Origin: Octopus vulgaris
Taxonomy: Eukaryota
Direction of reading: 5' to 3'
DNA length: 64,000 nt
Assembly (NCBI GenBank): GCA_951406725.2
Contig: OX597816.1
Coordinates: forward strand, 90,334,001-90,398,000
Position numbers and translations under genes: made by a program. Below are positions 1 to 12,463 of this stretch, one piece after another. Each line of letters starts with the position of its first letter. Position 1 is the first letter of the stretch. The notes under the pieces are model-generated. The model was not told where the DNA came from and did no database searches. It saw only the letters and a list, made by a program, of their open reading frames with translations.

Positions 1-341
1 GACAGACCAAAAAGGACAAGAGTTACCTTTGGGTATAATGTATTAAATGGACATAGATTAGTCACCTTATTGGAGCAATCAGATTTTGTGCTTCATTTGA
101 TGACTGTGTGTACATGATGGTGAGCAACTGGGAAGGGTTATATTTTGTGTTATGCAGTGTAGAGTTGCAAGAAAATCTGACAGCAAACGTGGTGCATTGC
201 TTTCTCAGTAAAGTAATAATCAATTTAGTTTCAAGAACCTTCACAACACCAAAATATTTTAAAATATTCTTGAATATTTTAACCATTATTATTGCTTATA
301 AATCTGAAGTAACAGCAGTATTCATTGATCTCATTTCTACT

Positions 342-563
342 TTAACCCTTTAGCATTTAAACCTGCCATAACCAGCCAAAATATTCCTGTTTTATACCAA
401 ACTGGTCAGATCCAGCCTCTCACACCTACCCTACAATGTCATTCTGAAAATAAACAAACACCGCACTGAAATCTCAAAGATACAAGCTAATGCAGGATAA
501 ATTCAAACAATGCGAATAAATAAGCATTACATTTGATAAAATAACTGAATGCTAAATGGCTAT
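342..563 (+). mobile_element. TTAA-flanked MITE (piggyBac-type non-autonomous) downstream of the AK2 stop
   Basis: Begins TTAACCCTTTAGCATT; same family as copies at 5150-5383, 18843-19069 and 53813-53978. Confidence 0.7.
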
Positions 564-919
564 ATGCAGTTAATTCTGATATTTTGTTGAATATTTTCCA
601 TAAGAGCTACAACTTGAAGAATTTTCTTTTTTATTTCACATTACTATGGCTCTCAGTTTAAGCTGTTGTAGTACCTTACAAATATTATTATTCTTATTTC
701 TGAATGAAGATGATCATAGTTGAAAACTAAAGCATAATTGGATCAAAAGAAAGTTTACTGTGATAGAAACTTTGGAAGAGAAGAAATATACATATCTGTT
801 TTGAATGCAGTGTGTATTTTTGTTGAACGACTAATTGTTGTGTGAATTTATATATATAAAAAAATAATAAAAACAAACAATAAGCAATGATGTTTTTACC
901 AGACAAAATTCAATCAATT

Positions 920-1150
920 TTATTTATGGCTAAAAAACATAACTTTGTCTTTCGAAGTAGCTTTTGCAAAAGCTGCTCGAATGCAAGCAAATACAATTTT
1001 TGGTGGTTGAGAAGCATTAACAGCTTCATGGATACCTTTTTTACTGTAATATTCTACTAATGGACTGGTCTGTGAATGGTAACTGTCAAGACGCTTTTTT
1101 AGTGTTGCTTCATTATCATCAGCTCTTGTGATGAGAGGTTCACCAGTTAC
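920..1150 (-). CDS. AK2: AK2 exon 5 ([41 protein letters not shown]...[14 protein letters not shown])
   Basis: cccAG acceptor, R-x-DD-N motif, TAA at 922-920. Confidence 0.93.
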   Translation of the reverse strand, partial: VTGEPLITRADDNEATLKKRLDSYHSQTSPLVEYYSKKGIHEAVNASQPPKIVFACIRAAFAKATSKDKVMFFSHK

Positions 1151-2276
1151 CTGGGTAGAGAAAAAAAATATAATATTAGTTTATAAATTCAACACACTAA
1201 AAATTCTTAATTCCCTAAACATGTTCAATGAAGATTAATAAAATGTATAACCCAGTTTAATGACAAAAAAATTATACATTATATTTGACAAAGAAACTTG
1301 AAATTTTGATAAGAATCTATGTTAATATAAACAATCAAATCAACAGTAAATGTTTGGATAAACTAAAAAAAAAAAAAGCCTTATCATTATCATTGTTCAA
1401 ATATACACTTTTCCATGCTTGCATGGGTCAAACAGAATTCAGATTTTTCTATGGCGAGATGCCCTTCCTGTCACCAACCCTCACCTATTTCTAAAAAAAG
1501 GTAATATTCCTAATTGCTGCACATGTTTACATGGAAAAGTGGAAACAAGGGATTCTGCTTGTATGATGATAATATTCCTTTACAACTATCCCATGACATC
1601 AAGATACATATACACACAATGAGTTTCTTTCGGTTTCTATCTACCAAATCCACTTAAAAGGCTGAAGTCAGCCTGGAACTATAGTAGAAGACAGACTCAA
1701 GGTGCTAAACAGCTAGACTGAACCCGCAGCCACTTGGTTTGGAAGCCAACTCTTAAATCACGTGTTGTACAGCTGCCTATATCACAAAAATAGAAAAGAT
1801 ATTCTAACTAAAAAAACATAGGATGGAAAAGAAAATGTATCACTGTCTGGGAAACCTTTGATAATCAGGACATTTAAACAAAAATAGAGTGAACATCATC
1901 ATCATCATCGTTTAACGTCCGCTTTCCATGCTAGCATGGGTTGGACGGTTCAATTGGGGTCTGGGAAGCCCGAAGGCTACACCAGGCTCATAAACAGTGG
2001 TCTAGCTACCTCCAGTTGTGTGACACAATGAGAGATATTTTATATTGCTGGTTGTCTTAATAGAAACTGCATCCCTCAAATTATACTTTACTATTTTTAA
2101 AAAAGAATGTTGGACAATGTAGTCCTTGATATGCAAAAAGATGAAATAGTCATAGCTGGAATGTTAGGAGTGTAATTTGAGAGAGATTTGGATGCTATTT
2201 TTAGCAGAATATTAATTGCAATTTTTCATGGTTCCATAAAATATGATCAAAATAAAATTATAATTAGAAAACTTAC

Positions 2277-2444
2277 ATCATCAGTATTAGTCACTTTAGG
2301 AGGATTAAATTTTACATGATATGACCGCCCACTCGCAGGATGGATCCTTCTTCCTGTGATACGTTCAATCAATAAGGAATCATCTATAGAAAACTCAATC
2401 ACAGAATCTAATGCAGTTTTCCGCTTTGTCAGTAAATCATCAAG
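2277..2444 (-). CDS. AK2: AK2 exon 4 ([18 protein letters not shown]...[26 protein letters not shown])
   Basis: Manual translation gives the LID domain; tttttcAG acceptor, GTAAGT donor; 168 nt. Confidence 0.95.
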
Positions 2445-2658
2445 CTGAAAAATAAAATTAAAAATAAAGTTACAACTGTCTCCATAATTTTAAATGAATT
2501 TTAGGAGTTTCTTTGATTATTTGTTTAGAGCAATTTAGTTGTTTTTAGTCTTTTGGCTTCAAGTTTTATTTTTGACAGTGTTTCTTTGGGTATGGAACTA
2601 ACTAAATCAGTTTAACATGATAACTTAGAAATAGTAGGGAAGCAAAAAGAATAATGTC

Positions 2659-4600
2659 CTTAACACTTTAAACTTGCTGGCTTGGAATTCCAGGGCCACA
2701 ACTGTTTGACTATATATCACCAGTCTGGTATTCCATTATGCCACTACTTCTGTTTGCTACTATCATTTACATAAACTTCCTGCCCCAATCAGCAACTGTT
2801 TCACATAGAAAGGCACTGCTGTGATTTTTGCTAAAGTTTATGAGAGATCTGAATGACAGATTTGATTTTAGTGATAACAAGGGGGTTTTCAATGCCTCTG
2901 ATTATAACCACAAAAGTGATTTCAAAAGCAAATATGATTTGGTAGATGGTGATAACAAGCCACAGGATGTTCCAATACAAAATTTACAGCCAGCTTATGA
3001 TGGGAAAGCAAAGGGACCTGCTCAAAGGTGGGGAGAAAGAGGCATTGTGATGTTACTAATGCTTACCTTTGGATTGGAATACTGATGGTTCTTTTCTGAT
3101 GATGATCTCAACTCTACTGAACATCCCAGGCTTAGAAATATCCTAGGCAACCTTACTGCAAGGTCAGATAATGTTGTGGATTGGCTTGTTCTAAATGCAT
3201 ACATTGTGGCCACTGTTAGTTGCTACTGGTGTCAAAGCAGCTAAGCCTAATAATTATCATGTAAAGAACTTTAATTTAGTAACTGTGGTGAAGATGAAAC
3301 CTATATTGGTCGCAGAATTGCAATAGAAATTCTAATACTGAAAACAGATTATGATCAATGCTAGTGACAGAAAATTAACTTCTTCACCATCACTTCAGGT
3401 TTCAATAAAATATTTGTCAGAGACTGATTCATGACCATCTGAAGTTTTCTGTACTGTGTAAATGAAGATGAACCAACTGTTGATAAAGGTAATAAAATCT
3501 ACAAATCTAGACCTGTGTTCAATTATATTTTAGAAAAATTCAATCATTATTACACACCAAAATAGAATCTCTTACTTGATAAGGGGATGAACCTCACAAA
3601 AACTTCTCAGTCAGTAAGACAATAACAAACCCATCCATTGGGACATAAAAATCATATCTTGTTTGTGATAGTGAGAATGGGTATATATGTAATGCTGAAA
3701 TACACATTTGTAGGGTAGTCAATGCAAAAGAAATGGATAATCTTGGAGTGACTGGGAATTTTGTCTGCCTACTCAAAGTATTTCAAGATCAAGATTAACA
3801 TATGTATTGGGACAGATATCATTTTGGAACTGAACTAATCCAGTATTTGGACAGGTACCACAGCATTACATTGACACCAATCAAACCAACAAAGGCTAAT
3901 TTTCCCAAAAATATAAGGACAAAGAGAGATGGAGAGGCCAATTGAGGTACCTCATCATTCACTTTGTTCTTTAGTTCTCCATTCACAAGTGTATTGCAAT
4001 ATGATGTTAAGAGGAGTGCTAGTTCTATGCCCAAAACTCATTGCTGCATACAGTAGGTACCTAGAAGGAACAGACAAGAATGATCAAATGACTAGTAAAT
4101 ATCACTACAAGTGGCTTCACAGGATGATGGCATGTGGACATTTACATTTCTGTTGTATATTTGAGGATATATGTAACAATTTTGTTGGGTATTTTCATCA
4201 CCAACACCTGTTGACAACACCTTCATCACTGTTAAGGATGTTGGCCTGCATTCAGTAGAGAGAGCCACCCATGCCACTACAGACAGCTTATATGTTGTCT
4301 GTTCAGAGGCCAAATGCAGAATACAAAGATTTTCCAAAGAAGGAAAAAAATTTCTATTTGTGCAAAAAATCCTGATATATTGGCAATGAATATAAATCTG
4401 TTGAAAAGGAATACTGGATGTAATTAAAGAGTGAAGATGAAAGGAGTAAGAGATGTCTAATTACAAATGAGACATAACTTATTTAATTTATTAACATTTT
4501 CTAAGGTTTAATTGATGAATGTCAGTTTTTCAGTGATTTTCATGTCAACACTCAGGAATGGAAATCACACACAACAGAGGGTCAGGAGCCAAAGAGTTAC
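2659..4600 (+). mobile_element. Decayed piggyBac (PGBD-like) DNA transposon in AK2 intron 3
   Basis: Broken frames give NKPIHWDIK-SYLVCDSENGYICNAEI (~3625-3705) and LIAAYSRYLEGTDKNDQM (~4037-4090), matching the piggyBac KP.K.GIK...CD...GY and YN..MGGVD..DQ motifs; TTAA at the left end; ends approximate. Confidence 0.75.
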
Positions 4601-5149
4601 TCATCTTAGACTAAGGCATTCTATTACTTAACCAAGAAAGCAAATAGAATATCAGCTGCTGCAGGTTGTTGGGTACAAAAAAATTCAGTGTGTGTGTGTG
4701 TGTATGTAGAAAGAGAATAAGAAGGAAGATAAAAAGGAAAGAGAATAGTAAAGCGAAGGAGATAAAAGAAAAGAAGAGAGAGATGAAGGGAAAAAGAGAT
4801 GTAGATTACTGTGGAGTAATTGTTATTTTCTGTTAACAATTGTTCACAAAAATTTGAATGGTCAACATCAATGAAACCAGAGAAAATGAAATGTGTTAGA
4901 ATAGACTGAGGCGGAGAAATATTAGGTGAAATGAATGTTCTCTAATATAGATAGCAATAATGAGGACAGAGGGAGGTGATGAGGAGTTGAAGAAATTACA
5001 TAGACATGTACACAACATTAACACCCCAACTCACCATCACTTATAAAATATTCCCTGCATCTAGCACACTATAGCTGCTGAGACAAAAAAGGTACCTCTA
5101 AATAGTGGCTTGCTAAGAACAGAAGTTTTAAGTTTCCTCAAATCACACC

Positions 5150-5383
5150 TAAACCCTTCAGCATTCAGGTTACTTTATCAAATGTAATGATTATTTATTT
5201 ACATAGTTTTAAATTAATCATGTACTACCATATAGCTTTCAGATTTTAATGATGTCATTGTTTAGTTTTAAGATGGAAGTTGTAGAGTAAGTATGAGAGA
5301 CCAAATCTGCCTTGTTTGAACATAAAGCAAATAGTATATCTGGGCCTGATATAGTTGGTTTAAAGGGTTGGCTAAAGGGTTAA
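5150..5383 (-). mobile_element. TTAA-MITE copy
   Basis: Ends GCTAAAGGGTTAA; interior is the reverse complement of the 342-563 copy. Confidence 0.65.
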
Positions 5384-5592
5384 AAGAAGAATGTGTTGGA
5401 CAATGTAATCCTGGTTATAAAAAACTGGAATGGCTTTCTCAATCATTGGGTTAAACAACAACAATATTACAACTGAAAATTATAATCATTATCAAAAGAA
5501 AAAAACCCCAGAAGAACAATGAATAAACAGAACAGACACAAAAACAATATACATAATTTAGACCAGTAAACAAAAAAGAAAAAAATGCTTAC

Positions 5593-5783
5593 TGCTTCTG
5601 CTTGGCTAACATTCCTTGGAAATCCATCAAGCAAAAATCCATTTGCACATGCTTCTTTATCCAAATTCTGACTGATTATTTCAATGACTAAATCATCACT
5701 AACTAGTTTTCCCTCATTAATTACTGATTTAAGTTGTTCTCCAAGCTTTGATCCAGAGGCCACCATAGCACGTAACATATCCC
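5593..5783 (-). CDS. AK2: AK2 exon 3 ([15 protein letters not shown]...[16 protein letters not shown])
   Basis: Lies in ORF 5467..5808; NMP-binding motifs; AG acceptor and GTAAGC donor; 191 nt. Confidence 0.95.
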
Positions 5784-7059
5784 CTAAAAAAGCAAATTTT
5801 ATAAACATTTAAATTTTACAAACACACAAGACAGACAGGTAGATACGTAAACAACTTTATCTCTTAAAAATTTCATATTACATTATTTTCATAAATGCAA
5901 TGTTATATTTGTATACTGCTGCAGGTGTTGTGTTGTAAACTTCAACCTGTAAACACAACACTTAATTTTTCTTGTCTAAAACTAATTAGGAAATTAAAAT
6001 AATGAACTAATTATGACTAGCTGTAACTTGCTATCATTAAAATTTCATTTTTATTAACAAATTCTTTTCTACATCCATTTTCCCATGCTGGATGTCCATA
6101 CTATTGCTGGGTGGAAGACTTAACCCACTGCCTGGTTTAATACCTTGGGTGCCTTTAGCAGATTCTATTCTGTTGCAAGTGTTTGGACTAAGTTTCCAGT
6201 TTGAGGATATCTTCCTTCTTTCTACCTTCAATGGCCCTATCACAAGTCATGGGCACAACCTTCCATTCTATCTAAAAGATGGAACAAAAAAAAAAAAAAC
6301 TCACTCAACTAAGAAAAGTGCAAACAGTATTTTGTCAATCAAACAATCTTGATAAAAAGTTATGTACACTGCTCAAAGGTTACCTTTCTATAAAGCCTTT
6401 GTGCTGAAAAGTTGGCAAAACAAGGTAGTTTCTTATTAAATTACTTTCTCCTCACTGAAAAAGTGGTAATTGATGAATTGACTGGATTTAGATTGCCTTC
6501 TCTTCTATTACACTTATTAGACTAAAGCAAATCACGAGGGGAAAAAAACCTCTCAGAACACAACAAATGTCTGTTACAATTTATGAACTCCATATTACAT
6601 CATCATCATCTCCACAGCGTGAAACTGTACTGCTCTGGTATACGAGTTTAACACTTTGCAAATGACTGATAAATTACTGTTACCAAATAACTGAAGTACT
6701 GGATTAACAGCTATTTTCAAGTAGTTGATTTAATTCAACATAATTTTACTAATTGCTAGTAAAGTTACATCTAAATCTTATAAGGGAACATGCTATAGTC
6801 AATTACTTTAATCACAATGCAGAGGAACAGAGTGATTGGCCATGAGAGTTGACAGTAGTATGATAGATAAAGCAAGGCCCACATTGTGCTTCTATGCAGC
6901 AGTATCATGCAATCTGTTCTTTACTCAGAGGAAAAAGCCTTTGACTACCAGCAGAGGTAATAATTCCTTAAAATCTTTTCAGTTTGTTTTTACCTGGGTA
7001 ATATACATTCAGAACAACCATTATGTCACCTTGGCAACAGAAACTATCAATTACTTTTA

Positions 7060-7355
7060 GTGCCAGTGGCATGTAAAAAGCACCATCCGATCGTGGCCGT
7101 TGCCAGCCTCGCCTGGCCCCCGTGCCGGTGGCATGTAAAAAGCACCATCCAACCGTGGCCGTTTGCCAGCCCTGTCTGGCACGTAAAAAGCACCCACTAC
7201 ATTCACGGAGTGGTTGGCATTAGGAAGGGCATCCAGCCGTAGAAACATTGCCTGATCAGACTGGGCCTGGTGCAGCCTTCTGGCCTCCCAGACCCCAGCT
7301 GAACCGTCCAACCCATGCTAGCATGGAAAGCGGACGCTAAATGATGATGATGATG
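7060..7355 (+). repeat. RTE-LINE 3' UTR / RTE-tailed SINE copy ending in (GAT)n
   Basis: GAGTGGTTGGCATTAGGAAGGGCATCCAGC...AACCCATGCTAGCATGGAAAGCGGACG + GATGATGAT. Related copies at 1893-1990(-), 29025-29340, 51230-51752, 52840-53232, 55090-55577, 60390-60575. Confidence 0.8.
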
Positions 7356-7789
7356 AGCCTTCTGAGCATTTAAAAGAATTTATTTCTGGTGCATTCTTAG
7401 TGCTTATTGCCACTGTTGCACGTGTCACATACAAAGCTAACTTGTGATTCTGCCACACCTCTTGTGTACGCATAATTTACATTAAGTATAGCACATGGGG
7501 TTCCTACCAACTCCCTTTCTGCATACTGAGCCAGACCATTTTCCTTGACAATACCAGACTCCTGTTTTTTTTTTATTACTTATTAGCACCATAGTCTTTG
7601 CTAAGTTTATCTTAAGGTCTCTCAATTCTAGGTTTTGCTTTCATATCTGGAATTTCTTCTCTAATTTTACTATAAATTCAGTAAAAAGAACTAGATAATC
7701 AGCAAGTAGGATTTCTCAAGAATAGTCAGCCTCAAGTTCCTCTATGAGAGGCCTGTAAATCTATGATAAATTGGGAGGACTGTGCCTTG

Positions 7790-8290
7790 ATAAACATCTA
7801 CCTTCATGCTAAAGTCATTATAACCATCACTTTACTGACACCACCTTTGTATATAGTTTGTACAACTCTCAAAAGCCACTGACATGCTGACAAATACTTA
7901 ATGGTTTACTCTTAATCAAAAATATCTCCTGCAGTTACCTCATGAGAAGATGGCATTTGTGGTACCCCTTGAGGGTATAAAACCAAACTGCATCTTATCT
8001 AGGTTAGTTCTGTTCCTAATCAATTGTAGTATAACTCTTTCCTTGAGCTTCATAGCCTGGTGCAATAAGTTGATAGCTTTGTAATTTTTTCTTGCTAGTA
8101 CATATCTCCTTTACCCTAGTAGCAGCTCATATTCACATTGGTATCGTTATACCAGTCAGTGGGCACAATACTTTACTGTGTTACCTGATTCATGACTGTC
8201 TGGCATGTATCCCATTTTGCCAGATATTTTGATCATCTCAGTGACTATCCCAGTTAGGCCGGCAGCTTTTCCTACTTTCATATCTAATCC
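7790..8290 (-). mobile_element. Degenerate RTE-like LINE RT fragment
   Basis: Minus strand gives MKVGKAAGLTGIVTEMIKISG...NYKAINLLHQAMKLKERVI (RT domains 0-1) with stops. Confidence 0.6.
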
Positions 8291-8369
8291 CTATCTACCA
8301 TACTGTTGTCAATTTGAGTTGCTGATCCCTCACTTGAGTCAGTATTATAGCTTTATGAGTGTGTATGTG

Positions 8370-8409
<40 letters not shown>

Positions 8410-10462
8410 ATTAAGGGTACCAGATAGTACCAGTGTTGCTGCAAATAAGAGTAAAAAAATACTCAAGCCACAATATCTCTGAAAATTTAACAAGCAATGG
8501 TAGGCTGGCTTTTTAAACATTCCTCAATTTTGTTAGCTTCATATATTTTCAGTGATATTGTGGCTTATTAAAGTATATTTTACTTTTATTTCTAGCAACA
8601 CTGGTACTATTTTGTACCCTTGATTATAAATTTGACCTTTTGGGTTTTTATGCTTGCTAGCCACTTATTATTTATTAATAATATCTTTATATATATATAT
8701 ATAAAATTGCTGCTATTATGTTAAACTGTTGTATGTCCAAATTTGACCAAATGTGTTTTTTCAATATTTATTTTTGCTTGCAATAGCCAGTTCTTTTGGT
8801 CAAACTATCATATCTCCAGCTGCTTCATATGCCAAGATATCAAAAATTGTCAAAGCGTAGTACAACAGTTTTGCTACGGAATGGTGAAACTATTTTTTCG
8901 TTTTCTGAAAAAGCAATGTTTTGAACTTACAACACTTTTTCATAATAGCAACGACACACACACACTGTTGGCATTAAAGGTCTATTAATTTAAATTCCCA
9001 ACTGGAAAGGAATATCAATACAGAATTATGCATGTGCATATAGGGGACCACATGCAAGTCTATGTATTAGTGTATATGCATGTTTGTAACAATGGTGGAC
9101 AATTTACTGCAATTTAAAAACAAAAAAGAAAAGATTCCCACCAAAATGACACTTATTTTGTCTTTCTCTTCAATTGAGAATTGTTTGCCGAAAATGGTTG
9201 TTATTTACACTCAGGTTAACCCTAGTGAAGCAGTTGTAATGAAAACCTTCCATCAGCAATCATTTGCCTTTTCATGTATCAAAAATATGACCTCTAATGT
9301 ACCCTTTCAAGTGATTGACTTTGGCACAATGTGTTTGTGAGTATAAACTAGAGTAATCTTACAGAAATTCGAAGTAAATATTCTTTTCTACTCTAGGCAC
9401 AAGGCCTGAAATTAGATCAACCCCAGTATGCAACTGGTACTTAATTTATCAACCCCAAAAGGATGAAAGGCAAAGTCAACCTCGGCGGAATTTGAACTTG
9501 GAACATAAAGACAGGCGAAAATTTGTAGTCAATCTTGACTAATTGATGTATTTGTAACAGATTTGGTCATTGAAAGCATAGATTCAATTACTTAAAAGCT
9601 GTGATAGAAAAATTTATAATGGAATAGATTTAAAATCAGTTAGTTAATAGGCAAAGCACACAAGAAAATTATACAAATTAACTTCAACTTTAAAAAGAGG
9701 AAAAGACAAATTCAAACCTTTGCAACCATTAAATTCTAGTTTTAACACATTCTAATAAACAGCCATTTCTCTAAACTGAGAGAATTGGCTATAACCATTG
9801 CCTCCTATCTCCAATGTCTTGTGCTTAAGGAAAATACCATTCACTATTTATTAGAACACCACTATGCATTTGAAGGAGATAAAAGACACTGTCAGCAAAA
9901 CAGGTTCATAACTGGAACAGCGGATATTAGATTAAAGATAAGAAAAAAAACCCAGCATACCTAGAGCTCTATTGTCAGAGCCACATTATATTTGGCTCTA
10001 TGTCAATTATAATCAATGCAGGCTTATGTTGAAAGAAAGATCTTTCAACCAAGACCAGCCTACTTGTTATTTAGATAAAGTATATAACAATATGTAACCT
10101 AATTTCTTTTTTAAAGTTCTATTTTAAAACTTAAGTGAGTTTACTATTATAAAACATAAATATAAATTCTAGTAAAACATCTGATATTAGTTCTGAAAGA
10201 AGTCCGTTGTGTATATATAAATGTGCATGCTTGTGTGTCTGTGTTTGTTCCCATCCACCATCAATTGACAACCAATGTTAGTGTGCTTACGTCTCCATAA
10301 ATTAGTGGTTCGGCAAAAGAGACCGATAGAATAAGTACTAGGCTTACAAAGAAATAAGTCCTGGGGCTGATTAGTTCAATTAAAGGTGGTGCTCCAGTAT
10401 GGCTGCAGTCAAATGACTGAAACAAGAATAAAAGAGTATATTTGAATATATAAAGATCTTAC

Positions 10463-10508
10463 CAGTTGATAAATGACACACTTTATAGTGATCCGCCAGT
10501 AATGGAGC
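10463..10508 (-). CDS. AK2: AK2 exon 2 (APLLADHYKVCHLST-G)
   Basis: Acceptor ttttacttttAG, donor GTAAGA, 46 nt; conserved VCHLSTG. Confidence 0.92.
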
Positions 10509-11207
10509 CTAAAAGTAAAAATTAATACTGTTTGATGAAGTAATTAAAGTATATATTGAGTCAAGCATTCTCGTAAGACAAAATCAAACTACAGAACATG
10601 CCAAATGCAATATCATAAAATATAAGATATTTATATTTATTCAAGGAATATTTAGTCTAGTAATTATGAGCAAGCAGCTAATAGAGCTTCTACTTAAATA
10701 CATAACAGCTAATGTTTACGCTGCCGATTCACTCACAATAAGGAATCTTGACAACACATTATTACTTCCAGTCATTGTTACAGTTAATGTTTGCATTCTT
10801 CTATGCCTTCAAGCCAATGCTCAATAAAAATTAAACACTAATCTTACCAGTATCAATAAAATAACTATTTATACCTGGTGTAAGACTATGAAAGCAAACA
10901 GCTTAAACAATAGAGGTAAAATTGTTCTGAAACTCTTTGTTTCAGCTCTCCATTCAAAGAGATTTACTAATGTATGTGAAGAGCTTGTCATTTAAACTTT
11001 CCACACAACCCATGTCTATAAAATTCAGAAAGCAAGTTTGGACAAATAAGTAATAAAAACTTCAAGGGATCTTAAATTTATAGTAGAACAAAACAAGGGA
11101 TAATCACAAACTATGATGCTTTAATTCTATCATCTTAAATGCAGAAGAAAAGAAAAAAGTATAGAGTGGTTAGTAAAATATAAAATGTATCCAAATATAA
11201 TAATGAA

Positions 11208-12110
11208 AGGAGTGACTGTGTGATAAGAAGCTTGCTTCCCAATGACATGGTTCCTGGTTCAGTCCCACTGCATAGCACCTTATATGCAAGTGTCTTTTAC
11301 TATAGCCTCAGGCTGACCAAGGTGGATTTGGTAGATAGAAACTGAAAGAAGCCCATTGTATATATATATCTGTGTGTGTGTTTGTACTTGTCCCTCACCA
11401 CTATTTGAGAACTGGTGTTAGTGAGATTACATCCCCCATAACTTAGTGGCTCAGCAAGAACGACCGATAGAATAAGTACCAGGCTTAAAAAATAAAGAGT
11501 ATTGGGGTCGATTCATTTGACTAAAATTCTTCAAAGCAGTGCCCCAGCATGGTCACAGTCTGATGACTAAAACAAATAATAAAATAAAAGAAAAGAATAA
11601 TGCAAACAGCAAAATAAGTTTTTCTGATAGCTTATGATCTTTATCTTTGGGGCACTGCCTTGAAGAGGTCTAAGTCAAATGGATCAGCCTCAATGCTTAG
11701 GTTTTTTTTCTTTAAAACTTAGTACTTATTCTATGGGTTTCTTTTGCCAAACTGCTAAGTTGCGGGAACATAAACACAGACACATAGATATATATTCTTT
11801 TATTTGTTTCAGTCATCTGACTGCAGTTATGCTGGAGTACAGACTCAAAGGACTTTTTGTTGAACAAATCGACCCCAGGACTTATTTTTTAAGCCTAGTA
11901 CTTATTCTATTGGTCTCTTTTGCCGAACTGCTAAGTTACTGGGTTGTAAACACACCAACAATGGGGAGGACAAACACAGACGCAAAGACATACATACAAC
12001 GAGCCTCTTTCAGTTTCAGTCTACCAAATCCTTTCACAAAGCTTTGGTTAGCCTGAGGTTATAGTAGAAGACACTTGCCGAAGGTGTCACACAATAGACT
12101 GAACCCCAAC
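11208..12110. mobile_element. Two tRNA-derived SINE copies in opposite orientation
   Basis: GGAGTGACTGTGTGATAAGAAG...GGTTCAGTCCCACTG (A/B-box-like head) at 11208(+); reverse copy ~11640-12110; same family as 49290-49660. Confidence 0.65.
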
Positions 12111-12463
12111 AATTTATAGTGAACCAATAAAGAGTTTAAAAATTCATGTTAGCTTGCTTCCATTCTGTATTTGTTTTTTAACCCAATAATAATAATAATA
12201 ATAATAAGCACTTCAAATTTTTGTCACAAGGGCAGCTTGGGGAGATGGGGATGAGTTGATTAAATTGACTCCAATGTGTAACTGGTACTTATTCAATCAA
12301 CCTCGAAAAAATGAAAGGCAAAGTTGACCTCAGCAGAATTTGAACTCAGAACATGGAGGCAGACAAAATACCACCAAGCATTTTGCCCAGCATGCTAACA
12401 ATTCTACCAACTCGTTGCCTTAATAACATCATCATCATCACCTGTACTATAGTAACAAGTAAT

